Source: Kiritimatiellia bacterium
GTDB taxonomy: Bacteria > Verrucomicrobiota > Kiritimatiellia > UBA8416 > YA12-FULL-48-11
Length of the DNA: 64,000 nucleotides
Direction of reading: 5' to 3'
NCBI GenBank assembly: GCA_028716365.1
Contig: JAQUPZ010000002.1
Location: 449,005-513,004, forward strand
Position numbers and translations under genes: made by a program. The notes below the pieces were generated by a model. It searched no databases, was not told the origin of the DNA, and was given only the letters and a program-made list of their open reading frames with translations. Shown here one piece after another: positions 29,601-37,162 of the stretch; positions within the stretch are counted from its first letter, which is position 1; every line of letters begins with the position of its first letter.

Positions 29601-29709
29601 TTCAATGTTGGCGACATCCACCGGCGAAAAGGACCCTCCATTCTCCAATACAGATGATGCTTCAAGAAGAAAAAATCGAACGGTCATACTGAAGCTCGTC
29701 CCGAAATAA
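23689..29709 (+). CDS. giant (2006 aa) coiled-coil protein: two N-terminal DUF4339/GYF-like domains, ~1700 aa repetitive coiled coil, single TM helix, C-terminal OmpA-like peptidoglycan-binding domain
   Basis: GAGG SD 8-11 nt before the ATG. The N-terminus (WHLKIHDGTIYGPVDISTLCAWAAQSRIAPGNLISEDRTEWFPVQNLPEL plus a second copy) fits DUF4339. The long E/K/Q/L-rich heptad sequence is built from internal repeats. The hydrophobic stretch is IAAVLLILAVCSIGMFTIGI. The C-terminus (IIEGHSDT...NQTLGMARANKVLDIL...STGEKDPPFSN...RRKNRTVILKL) has the OmpA_C/MotB pattern (GHTD, N..LS..RA..V, NRRVEI). Confidence 0.85.
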   Translation: MSRVHEFLRGDKKQFLRKWHLKIHDGTIYGPVDISTLCAWAAQSRIAPGNLISEDRTEWFPVQNLPELKMEWQARLPNSETYGPFNVLAVPHLVKNGILPAESTLTNNVSGKTLQVKELLKSTTSSSTEQLYKLSTGQTAKAPEEQKKLDTDSPMFRETESHRTIGTITHRQPESVEIKSPNQQESGKFSGKSKSVPEDSTSEVNKLNDKLSKLHEDSERIKAQLEVTEKELVTAKKEKEHLDKQAIGREKQLKDQLDKTEKELRLTREELSSVRQKVSEDTKSVDNVVKLAVKKEQDLNRALEETRRKAEADAALLYKVKTQLEEVKNQKSEIQNRTSQEETRLKVRVQDLEKQIHILNTETQTHKTQYQTLEKDAQSRQEKIQLQLGQFKEKADAAVIEIGRLKKELDAQRSLNVDMTKVGSEKESALILETRTAKSAMAKAENELAALRKQFENLRNQSSHKETELQQRIDQLNNESRNTSVTIDNLKKELAAQNEECRTLEKRAKNFETDVEKTQGIIRQLQEDRTALEARNKKQIEELSKYKADLETEKNSHTDIHTRSLEEKKQLIAKLEQLQADNNNITAKLQDNEKQLALQKQENDKVRVQIVTKDEQFASRIDQLKSELQTAVLELNAAKQKHLEERRNLESLEKQARAKEQEARHLLDKTSAISESKSSQLEKTKKELADALDAFARIQEQHSKTKTQLEEVKNQKTEIQNRTSQEETRLKVRVQDLEKQIHILNTETQTHKTQYQTLEKDAQSRQEKIQLQLGQFKEKADAAIIEIGRLKKELDAQRSLNVDMAKVGNEKESALILETRTAKSAMAKAENELATLRKQFENLRNQSSHKETELQQRIDQLNNESRNSSVTIDNLKKELAAQNEECRTLEKRAKNFETDVEKTQGIIRQLQEDRTALEAKNKKQIEELSKYKADLETEKNSHADVRTRSLEEKNQLIARLEQLRADNNNITAKLQDNEKQLASQKEECLKLEKRAKNFETDAENMQGTIRQLQEDRTALDAKNKKQIEELSKYKADLETEKNSHADVHTQSLEEKNQLIAKLEQLQADNNDITAKLQDNEKQLALQKQENDKVQTQTVAKDEQYARQIDQLNHELQTVIFDLNAAKQTHLEERRHLESLEKEARAKEQETLRLLNETSAGFEAKHTELEITKKELADALDAFARMQEQHVKVEADLRQNLEEKESNISEVEKSLDDLKKELARQKEHYEAVLEGEMQRGKNFASNASMLEEKLQSESSILAETNRKLAEIQDMLNREQDRFKNEKAGLEQTISQLQEDKSKTEKTVESLEEQIREGEQETLRLLNETSAGFEAKHTELEITKKELADALASIMQMQEQHAKVEAGLRQNLEEKESNISEVEKSLDDLKKELVRQKEHYEAVLEGEIQREKNLEISTSALEGRFQSESNMLAEIRGKLAETQNLLEKEQNRFEAEKTELKQTINQLQKDKSKTERTVESLEKQAHTKEQEIRLIFEEMSNRYEAKHTEFETTKKELTDALASIGHIKEQHSKVETDLRQNLKEQGNKISEIEKSLDDSTKALAKQKAHYELIIEDERQKGKNLASNVSMLEEKLQSESNKLAETNRKLAEIQDMFNKEQDRFKNEKEELEQSVVSFLQDKLKVAEITESLEKKLEKLESDFTAKETLLSETKKALERERTQCLDISLSSTSKEAELQKRINEIQQNLDRQKQLLERTEQKDSVKINEMSGRIKELEETSAANTKQYEHNLKEEQKQNKSLQKELSKLQERQKAIEATATGEKAKTGAGLLLPQTGLFSLTNRYSTTTRIAAVLLILAVCSIGMFTIGIHRGRIKAQALVQAQYDQQNDRQVAADTIVQSNQTTVAVQPKIAPPRINVERTITTYTEKSCVIVFDFGLFNMRTNLTNDAEDTLEAVASQIRKSMNDYMLIIEGHSDTMKASSDKTVADNQTLGMARANKVLDILKNKFDLPGDSMLATSTGEKDPPFSNTDDASRRKNRTVILKLVPK
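24649..26958 (+). repeat. intragenic tandem duplication: ~1155-bp unit (385 aa) x2 at near-identical nucleotide level, containing a nested 306-bp (102 aa) subunit present 1x in copy 1 and 2x in copy 2
   Basis: AAAACACAGCTCGAAGAAGTAAAGAACCAGAAA... occurs at 24649 and again at 25804 with only scattered substitutions. GAAGAATGCC(G/T)... subunits start at ~25183, 26338 and 26644. Confidence 0.8.
27127..28656 (+). repeat. intragenic tandem repeat: 510-bp (170 aa) unit x3, third copy more diverged
   Basis: GAACAGGAAACTCTCCGTCTGCTCAACGAAACATCAGCCGG at 27127 and 27637, and GAACAGGAAATCCGTCTAATATTCGAAGAAATG at 28147. The protein-level repeat reads QETLRLLNETSAGFEAKHTELEITKKELADAL. Confidence 0.8.
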
Positions 29710-29715
29710 AGCTTT

Positions 29716-30834
29716 CTATCTGTTATTCCCGAAGTTCGGGTTTTCCTTGCGAAAACGATATTCCTTTTCGATATCTTCCATCATCATGTCGTACATGTCC
29801 GTACCGGGCATGACAACCCGTTCCTCAATGGGTTGGCCTGAAGCAATACGGAAAATATCTTCCAGATAGCTTTCGGCATCCAGCCCTTGACGCCGCGGAT
29901 CAAAATAATGACCGTACAGATGCAGAGAATCACTGATGTCCGTATAACTGCCTTTCTTGATGGGGACACCCAATGCTTCTTCGACCCCACGCCTGACTTC
30001 CTCATGAATGCCCTCTGTTACACCGAAAATATTTGATGGTACAGCCTTGAGATGATCCCTTGACCGCCAGTGACCGTTCACGTTAAGGACATAACCCTTC
30101 TGATCGTTCAGGGGCAGAAGCCTGAACCAGAACCTTTGAAGGCAGGGAGAATGATAACTATCCCACTTGAACGTACCCATCTGTTCGTCGTTATGATCCC
30201 AGCGAGGATCCCAGGTAATACATTGTGCAGACCTGCTCAGAGGTTCCCTTTTCAGATTGTTGATGACTGACTTCAGCTGGTTGATTGTTTTCAGATTGCC
30301 TTTAAAATCAAAATATGGATACGCGCGGAATCTCTGACTGTACGTGTAATTCCACCGCTCATCGCCTTTTACCTCATCGAATTTGCCTTCTTTCATTTTC
30401 TGGGCAACCATGACAGGAGAAATCATCCATCCATCCTTCACTCCTTCAATTTCAGCTTTGTAGTCACCAAACCCCATCCATCCGCCAAGATAATGTTTAT
30501 GAAACCGCGGTTCACCAAATGGTTCTTCTATGTGCATCATTACAGTGGCTTCGATGCTCGGAAAACTGTCATAAACGCCATCTTTCCGTTTTGGATCATA
30601 GTGGGTATGAATTTCGCGGCCGAAAGCCATCAATGCCATCGTGGTATCTTCCCAGACTTCAGGAAGCGTTCTTCGTGCAATAAACATACTCGAAGCACAA
30701 CCATCGGTCGATTCAGAAAAAGCAATTTTCCCATTGGCCCTGAGCTTCAGGACATATTCTTTTGCAACTTTTCGTGCTTCTTTGAAAGTTTCTGCAGGCC
30801 CTTTTTTTGCCAGCATATCCTTGACAATACTCAT
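29716..30834 (-). CDS. thymidylate synthase (ThyA)-superfamily protein, divergent long form (372 aa) with ~130-aa N-terminal extension
   Basis: [26 protein letters not shown] aligns to the ThyA segment [36 protein letters not shown] aligns to APCHAFFQFY (catalytic Cys), and [15 protein letters not shown] to YQRSCDVFLGLPFNI. A 4-nt overlap with dut indicates an operon. Confidence 0.7.
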   Translation of the reverse strand: MSIVKDMLAKKGPAETFKEARKVAKEYVLKLRANGKIAFSESTDGCASSMFIARRTLPEVWEDTTMALMAFGREIHTHYDPKRKDGVYDSFPSIEATVMMHIEEPFGEPRFHKHYLGGWMGFGDYKAEIEGVKDGWMISPVMVAQKMKEGKFDEVKGDERWNYTYSQRFRAYPYFDFKGNLKTINQLKSVINNLKREPLSRSAQCITWDPRWDHNDEQMGTFKWDSYHSPCLQRFWFRLLPLNDQKGYVLNVNGHWRSRDHLKAVPSNIFGVTEGIHEEVRRGVEEALGVPIKKGSYTDISDSLHLYGHYFDPRRQGLDAESYLEDIFRIASGQPIEERVVMPGTDMYDMMMEDIEKEYRFRKENPNFGNNR

Positions 30835-31298
30835 TTCTTTTTTTCTCCCTTGTGATTATATCCGGTGGAACCAAATCCTCCACTACCCCTGTGACTGTCT
30901 GACAGATCTGTAACTTCATGTACCTCGGCGCGAAGGACCGGCTTGAGAACCATCTGGGCAATTTTGGAACCCTTTTCAACCACGAATTTCTCCTTTCCAT
31001 GATTAATCAGGATTACGCCTACTTCCCCCCTGTATCCTTCATCTATTGTGCCAGGAGTATTAAGTACTGATATACCATGTTTAAGCGCAAGGCCGCTCCG
31101 CGGTCTGACCTGCGCCTCGGTATTGGGAGGCAGTTCAATGGAGAGTCCTGTTTTAACAAGAACATGTTCATTGGGCCCGATATCAACACGTTGATTCGAA
31201 AAAAGATCCATACCGGCATCACCGGGATGTGCATACTGGGGCATTATCGCATCATCACTCAGTTTTTTTACTTTAAGAATCATGGAACTCATAACCAT
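30831..31298 (-). CDS. dut: dUTP diphosphatase
   Basis: [41 protein letters not shown] and GGFGSTG motifs. The true start may be the internal MILKVKK. Confidence 0.85.
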   Translation of the reverse strand: MVMSSMILKVKKLSDDAIMPQYAHPGDAGMDLFSNQRVDIGPNEHVLVKTGLSIELPPNTEAQVRPRSGLALKHGISVLNTPGTIDEGYRGEVGVILINHGKEKFVVEKGSKIAQMVLKPVLRAEVHEVTDLSDSHRGSGGFGSTGYNHKGEKKK

Positions 31299-31400
31299 GT
31301 GACCATATCAAACGTGCAGGTACACTTGCAAGTATTAGCCTGTAAATTACATATTCGTTCTTCCATGTTCATACCACAATGTGTATACATAACATTCAGA

Positions 31401-32921
31401 ATGAATTCTTTTCCCATATCGATAATATTGTTACAAGCATGGCTGGATGAATTCTGGCTTCCTTTTGACTTGATTCTGCATTTGCTGGCATTCTTCCTGG
31501 TGACAATTCATTGTCTCAGAAGTCATCGCGAATCCACATCTGCATTACTCTGGATATTTGTTGCCTGGACACTTCCGCTTATTGGTCCATTACTGTACTT
31601 ATGGTTCGGGATAAACCGTGTCCCCGAAAAGGCATGGCATAAACACAGATCAGACCAGAAGTTCCTGTCGGAAAGAAAAGCGCGCGAAGATGAGGCCATG
31701 CCTCTGAATTACTGGCGTGCGGTTCACGATTCGCTTGTCACTGAGCCGTCCGGGACATTTGCACGGGAACTGAACAGCGCAATGAATGCAGTTCTTTCAG
31801 ATTATCCACTCCTCAGCGGAAACAATATTGAACCTCTGGTCACAGGGGACCAGACGTATCCTAAAATGCTCGAGGCCATACGCCAGGCAAAAAATCATGT
31901 ACATATCCAGACATTCATCATTGGAAATGACCGTATCGGTCGTCAATTTCTTGACCTGCTAAAACAAAAAGCCGAATCCGGAGTATCCATAAGGTTTATG
32001 TATGACCGCTTTGGTTCAACCCACGCTATTCTTGGCGGACTCATAAAAAAATACAAAAACATTCCAAATATGCAGATTGAAGGCTGGACCCAGGCCAATT
32101 TGATAAAAAGACGGTTTCAAATCAACCTGAGGAATCACCGTAAAATATTAATTGTAGACGGTAAAACGGCATTCCTGGGAGGAATTAATCTGCAACTTAA
32201 TAATATTACAACACCAGAATCCATGCCTATTCGTGATTACCATTTCAAACTTGAGGGACCCATCGTCCAGGAACTACAGTACACCTTCCTGCGTGACTGG
32301 TATTTCATGACAGATGAAGACCCCGAAATTCTACTGAATGAAGCTCACTTCCCGCACACGCCACCTGTTGGAAATGCACTTGTCAGAGTAATTAATGGCG
32401 GACCTACAGTAGAAGTAGAATCACTAACTGATATCTTCTTCACTGCCATCGTGTCGGCCCGAAAACAACTGCTGGCCGTAACACCATACTTTGCGCCTAC
32501 CCCGGACATACTACGGGCTTTTCGTTCCGCCGCATTGCGGGGTGTGGATGTGAAGTTGATAGTTCCTGAAAAAAATAATCACGTTTATGCAGGAATGGCA
32601 GGTCGTGCCCTCTACGATACCCTGCTTTCCGCCGGCGTTAGAATCTTCGAACGGCATCCTCCATTCCTCCACGCCAAAGCTCTTATTGTTGACGATACAC
32701 TGGCGATTATCGGCACAGCAAATCTGGATGCAAGGAGCATGAGGCTTAATTACGAAACCAATCTCGCGGTTTATAACGATGCATTTGCCGACGAATTAAA
32801 GGAGATTGTTCTCGAAGAAATATCCATGAGCGACGAGATTGAACTTGCATCCTGGCGTAACAGGCCAGTTTCACGGCGCCTGGTTGAGAATTTCTGCAAT
32901 TTGTTTACTCCAATCCTGTAA
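31401..32921 (+). CDS. cls: cardiolipin synthase (phospholipase D superfamily, two HKD motifs)
   Basis: N-terminal TM helices, HRKILIVDGKTAFLGGINL and HAKALIVDDTLAIIGTANLD HxK-x4-D motifs. Start chosen at MNSFPISIIL (an alternative is MFIPQ at 31365). The ORF-track 5' extension overlaps dut on the other strand. Confidence 0.8.
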   Translation: MNSFPISIILLQAWLDEFWLPFDLILHLLAFFLVTIHCLRSHRESTSALLWIFVAWTLPLIGPLLYLWFGINRVPEKAWHKHRSDQKFLSERKAREDEAMPLNYWRAVHDSLVTEPSGTFARELNSAMNAVLSDYPLLSGNNIEPLVTGDQTYPKMLEAIRQAKNHVHIQTFIIGNDRIGRQFLDLLKQKAESGVSIRFMYDRFGSTHAILGGLIKKYKNIPNMQIEGWTQANLIKRRFQINLRNHRKILIVDGKTAFLGGINLQLNNITTPESMPIRDYHFKLEGPIVQELQYTFLRDWYFMTDEDPEILLNEAHFPHTPPVGNALVRVINGGPTVEVESLTDIFFTAIVSARKQLLAVTPYFAPTPDILRAFRSAALRGVDVKLIVPEKNNHVYAGMAGRALYDTLLSAGVRIFERHPPFLHAKALIVDDTLAIIGTANLDARSMRLNYETNLAVYNDAFADELKEIVLEEISMSDEIELASWRNRPVSRRLVENFCNLFTPIL

Positions 32922-32997
32922 TTGTCCTGAAAAAATTATTGCTGGCTTTCTGTAATAAACGTTAGTATATTACTTCATTAAGGAGCATAAAAAAGCC

Positions 32998-33444
32998 ATG
33001 GATGTTCAGAAAATCCTTGATGCAAAAAAACAGTCAGGAATCATGTATTCTATTCCGAACACTACGACTCTCTCCGAGTTCGTTCGTCAGGCCTGTGAAA
33101 AAAATGTTGGCGCCCTGCTTATAACCGACAATAAAGGTAAATTGTCGGGAATACTCAGCGAACGGGACATCCTTCACCAATGTAATGCAGGTGTAGATTT
33201 CAAAACAACAACTGTCGCCGAAATTATGACCAAATCTTTGATCGTGGTAAAGCCAACGGATGACATCAATACCGTTATGGACCTCATGATAGCAAAAAAA
33301 ATACGCCACCTGCCCGTTGTCTCCGAAAACAAGATTTTGGGTATCATCACTATCCGTGACCTGATACATGCGATGCGAAAAGCTGACAAGGAAGAAATTA
33401 ACCGCCTTGTAGAATATCTTCAAAGTAATCTAATTACCGATTAA
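32998..33444 (+). CDS. CBS-domain pair protein
   Basis: Two CBS motifs (ILSERDILHQ; HLPVVSENKILGIITIRDLIHAM) in a 148-aa protein. Confidence 0.75.
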   Translation: MDVQKILDAKKQSGIMYSIPNTTTLSEFVRQACEKNVGALLITDNKGKLSGILSERDILHQCNAGVDFKTTTVAEIMTKSLIVVKPTDDINTVMDLMIAKKIRHLPVVSENKILGIITIRDLIHAMRKADKEEINRLVEYLQSNLITD

Positions 33445-33646
33445 CGGTATTGCCGGTAATCTAAGTATAACATCTGCAAGTTCTTACGGGTACCATATTG
33501 TAATTACTAATTCCCGACATTATATAATCGCCCGATTTTTGCTTGCGTTTCATTACCCTGAGTGTAAATTGCCCCGTTGCGATTACCAAAGTGCAGTAAA
33601 TCACGGGTGTATTGTGCCCACAAAAAACATATAAACAGGAGGAAAA

Positions 33647-33865
33647 ATGAAGGCCGCTACAAAAACAACAGCTAAGAAACCCCGCACACCAAAGCTCCCG
33701 GTAAAGGAACTAAAAGCATGGCTAAAGGGACGTAAATTCTGGAGTCACAACGACTGGCTTGCCTTGCTTGATGATCTTCGGAAGAAGGGCTATGGTACAT
33801 TGACAGATACACAGGAAGGCCGTGTGAGCATTGGCAATTTCCTGGAAGCCAACCGTAGTAAATAG
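33647..33865 (+). CDS. hypothetical small basic protein (72 aa, Lys-rich N-terminus)
   Basis: AGGAGGAAAAATG SD. The sequence MKAATKTTAKKPRTPKLPVKELKAWLKGRKFWSHNDWLALLDDLRKKGYGTL has no assigned family. A ~200-nt untranslated region lies upstream. Confidence 0.45.
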   Translation: MKAATKTTAKKPRTPKLPVKELKAWLKGRKFWSHNDWLALLDDLRKKGYGTLTDTQEGRVSIGNFLEANRSK

Positions 33866-33888
33866 TCTGCTCAGAACAGGGGTAGCAA

Positions 33889-35862
33889 GTGGGTATCAGG
33901 TTTACGCGCGATCAATGCCTTAACCTGGAAACATCGTTGCGTCAGGAGTGGATTGATACAAACGGGCTTGGCGGGTATGCGTCGTCAACGATCCTGGACT
34001 GTCACACAAGGAAGTACCATGGTTTGCTGGTGGCAAATCTAAAAAAGCCCGCGGGAAGATTTGCTCTTTTGAGCAAACTCGAAGTATCAATACGCGCCGG
34101 CGACAGTGAATTCCGGCTTTCTACCAACAAGTATCCGGGTGTCTTCGATCCGACCGGTCATAAGTACATCGAGAGTTTCGAATATAAAACTTTCCCTGTA
34201 ACAAACTACGTGATTGGCGATATATGCCTGTCAAAATCAGTAATGATTGTGTACAGCGAAGACACTGTACTTGTACGGCTTGATCTTCACAAAGCCCAAA
34301 AGCCCGTGATTGTCCGTGCCCTGCCCCTTCTCTCTTACCGTGATCTTCATGGACTTACACGTCAGAACATGTATCTGCGCGTAAAAACATTTCCGGAAGA
34401 TGATGGCCATAAAATCAACCCTTATGAGTTAATGCCGCCAATGTATCTTGACTGGGACGGAAAGATGACGTTCTATCCCGGTCCTCATTGGTACAGTAAC
34501 GTTGAGTATCTTAAAGAACTCAGTCGTGGTTATGACTACCAAGAAGATTTATTTTGCCCTGGTACGTACGAGGCCGAATTAAAACCGGGGGAATCCCTTA
34601 TTTTTCAGGCATCACTCAATAAGCATTCAATCCCGGTATCAAAAGTCTGGGCGGACGAACTTGTCCGACGAAAGAAAGCCGGGGAAACATTTGCCGGTCA
34701 ACCGGAAAATGTCGCCATGCTTAAGACCCACAGCGAGAAATTCCTCATAACAAACAACCGGAACTGTCAGGGTATTATTGCAGGTTATCACTGGTTTGGG
34801 GAATGGGGCCGCGACACAATGATTGCGCTTCCCGGCCTGACATTTCATTGCGGGCAAACAGCCGCCGGTTTTAATATTCTTAAAACATGGGCTGAGGAAG
34901 AGAAAAATGGTCTTCTTCCCAATATTCTCGGTACGGAATCAAGCGGAAACGCCTATAACTCCATCGACACATCGCTCTGGTTTTTCAGGGCTGTACAGGA
35001 ATATATTTACGTGACCAATGACTGGGGGGGTGTAAAAAGACATTTGGCAAGGGCGATGCAAAATATCATCGAAACCTGGCTTGAAGGAAAAACACCTCTG
35101 CTGAAAATCACCAAACACGGGCTCGTATGGGCGGGTACAGCTGACACACAACTGACATGGATGGATGCCAAATCCAAGGGCAAACCCGTAACCCCGCGAC
35201 ATGGCATGGCGGTTGAAATCAACGCTCTCTGGTATAATGCATTATGTTTTTATCTTGAATTTTGCAAGGTGGCAAAATTTAAGAAGCCCAAAGTGGTTAC
35301 CGGCTGTAAACAACTTTTTGAGAAAAACTTTTCACGGATTTTCTGGTTCAACGATGGTTATTATCTTTCGGATGTTGTAAATGAAGCAGGACAAGACACA
35401 TCAGTACGGCCAAACCAAATACTATCAGTCTCACTCCCCTATTCACCCTTGAGCCGCGCCCAGATGCAGGGAATTATCAATGTCGTTAAAGACCAGCTTG
35501 TAACGCCATATGGACTCCGGACACTTTCCCCAAAAAACAGTTTATATCACCCGTTTTATCACGGCAACCAGGACCAGCGAGACGCGGCCTATCACCAGGG
35601 AACCGTCTGGCCGTGGCTGGTTGGACATTTTGCAGAAGCCTGTCTCAGGATTGCGGTAAATAAAAGTGCAGAAAAGGAATACCTGAGAAGGACATTTGAA
35701 CCGCTCTGGTCGTCACACCTGCATGAATTCGGGCTTTATGGTATATCCGAGATTTTTGACGGTAATCCGCCTCACAAGGCCAAGGGATGCATCACCCAGG
35801 CATGGAGTGTTGCGGAAATAATCCGTACACTTGAAATGTTGAAGGGAAATTCACGTTTATGA
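33889..35862 (+). CDS. glycogen debranching enzyme, amylo-alpha-1,6-glucosidase (GDE_C) family
   Basis: GYHWFGEWGRDTMIALPGL and the (alpha/alpha)6-barrel region. GTG start. Confidence 0.8.
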   Translation: MGIRFTRDQCLNLETSLRQEWIDTNGLGGYASSTILDCHTRKYHGLLVANLKKPAGRFALLSKLEVSIRAGDSEFRLSTNKYPGVFDPTGHKYIESFEYKTFPVTNYVIGDICLSKSVMIVYSEDTVLVRLDLHKAQKPVIVRALPLLSYRDLHGLTRQNMYLRVKTFPEDDGHKINPYELMPPMYLDWDGKMTFYPGPHWYSNVEYLKELSRGYDYQEDLFCPGTYEAELKPGESLIFQASLNKHSIPVSKVWADELVRRKKAGETFAGQPENVAMLKTHSEKFLITNNRNCQGIIAGYHWFGEWGRDTMIALPGLTFHCGQTAAGFNILKTWAEEEKNGLLPNILGTESSGNAYNSIDTSLWFFRAVQEYIYVTNDWGGVKRHLARAMQNIIETWLEGKTPLLKITKHGLVWAGTADTQLTWMDAKSKGKPVTPRHGMAVEINALWYNALCFYLEFCKVAKFKKPKVVTGCKQLFEKNFSRIFWFNDGYYLSDVVNEAGQDTSVRPNQILSVSLPYSPLSRAQMQGIINVVKDQLVTPYGLRTLSPKNSLYHPFYHGNQDQRDAAYHQGTVWPWLVGHFAEACLRIAVNKSAEKEYLRRTFEPLWSSHLHEFGLYGISEIFDGNPPHKAKGCITQAWSVAEIIRTLEMLKGNSRL

Positions 35863-37160
35863 AAGTCCTCATGTTCGGCTGGGAGTTCCCTCCATATATA
35901 AGCGGTGGATTGGGAACGGCTTGTTTCGGACTGACCAGGCATATGTCGGATCAGGGAACAAATATCCTTTTTGTTCTGCCGCACATCAAGGATGAACCGG
36001 TAGAAGATTCCTTCCTGGAGCTTGTTGCCGCAAACAAAGTGGATATATCTGATGCAAAAATCAAGAAAATCGCACGTGGTGAACCATTAAAGTTCTTCAT
36101 GGTAAATTCCCCCCTCCGCCCCTACATGACCGACAACAGCTATCTTTCAAAACTGGATGCCATACGCAGTATAAACGAACGTATCTCAAAAATAACACAC
36201 AGGAAAATAACCCCGTATAGCGTTCTGGACACATCGGGAGAATACGGGCGCGACCTTCTTACTGAAGTCAGTCGTTACGCTTATATCGGAGGTTATCTGG
36301 GCGCAACTGAAGATTTTGACATTATACATGCCCATGACTGGATGACATTTCCGGCTGGCGTCGAAGCAAAAAAAGCCAGCGGTAAAAAACTCGTTATACA
36401 TGTTCATGCCACCGAATTTGACCGTTCCGGGGACAACGTAAACCAACAGGTATACGACATCGAACGTTACGGCATGGAAAATGCCGACAGGATTATTGCC
36501 GTCAGCCACCGCACCAAAAATATTATCGTTGAACATTACGACCAGGATCCGGAAAAGATTATTGTTATCCATAACGCAGTAATAAAAGAAGAAAAACTGG
36601 CACATGTCCGCAGCCGCAAAGGATTCAGCGAAAAAATTGTTCTTTTCCTCGGCCGTGTGACAATGCAAAAAGGACCCGATTACTTTATCGAGGCAGCAAA
36701 TCTGGTCCTTAATTCAATGCAGAATGTGCGATTTGTGATGGCAGGCACAGGTGACATGCTGCCCCGCATGATTGAACGTGTTGCCGAACTGCGCATGCAG
36801 GATCATTTTCATTTCACTGGCTTTCTCCGCGGGGTCGACCTGGAAACAATGTTTTCCATGAGTGATTTATACGTAATGCCTTCAGTTTCCGAACCATTCG
36901 GGATAACGCCATTTGAGGCAATGCTCTATGGCATTCCTGTAATAATTTCCAAACAGTCTGGAATTTCGGAAGTATTAACCCATGTGATGATGGTGGATTT
37001 CTGGGACATCGAAAAGCTGGCATCATGTATCATTAATGTACTCAGACATCCGGAACTGGCTGAAACTCTCGTAGAATCAGGACATAATGATCTTGAAAAA
37101 ATCAGCTGGCATCATGCAGCCAGGGACGTAATCAATCTTTACAAAGAAATGCTGGGCTGA
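35859..37160 (+). CDS. glycosyltransferase family 4 (alpha-glucan/glycogen synthase-like)
   Basis: GT-B fold GT4 C-terminal motif EPFGITPFEAMLYGIPVI, HAHDW. 4-nt overlap with the upstream gene. Confidence 0.8.
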   Translation: MKVLMFGWEFPPYISGGLGTACFGLTRHMSDQGTNILFVLPHIKDEPVEDSFLELVAANKVDISDAKIKKIARGEPLKFFMVNSPLRPYMTDNSYLSKLDAIRSINERISKITHRKITPYSVLDTSGEYGRDLLTEVSRYAYIGGYLGATEDFDIIHAHDWMTFPAGVEAKKASGKKLVIHVHATEFDRSGDNVNQQVYDIERYGMENADRIIAVSHRTKNIIVEHYDQDPEKIIVIHNAVIKEEKLAHVRSRKGFSEKIVLFLGRVTMQKGPDYFIEAANLVLNSMQNVRFVMAGTGDMLPRMIERVAELRMQDHFHFTGFLRGVDLETMFSMSDLYVMPSVSEPFGITPFEAMLYGIPVIISKQSGISEVLTHVMMVDFWDIEKLASCIINVLRHPELAETLVESGHNDLEKISWHHAARDVINLYKEMLG

Positions 37161-37162
37161 AT

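Noticed and set aside
31077-31400. 5' extension of the cls ORF (ORF track start 31077)
   Set aside because: The extension overlaps dut on the opposite strand and encodes no TM or PLD features. Internal ATGs at 31365/31401 precede the first TM helix and fit typical Cls length.
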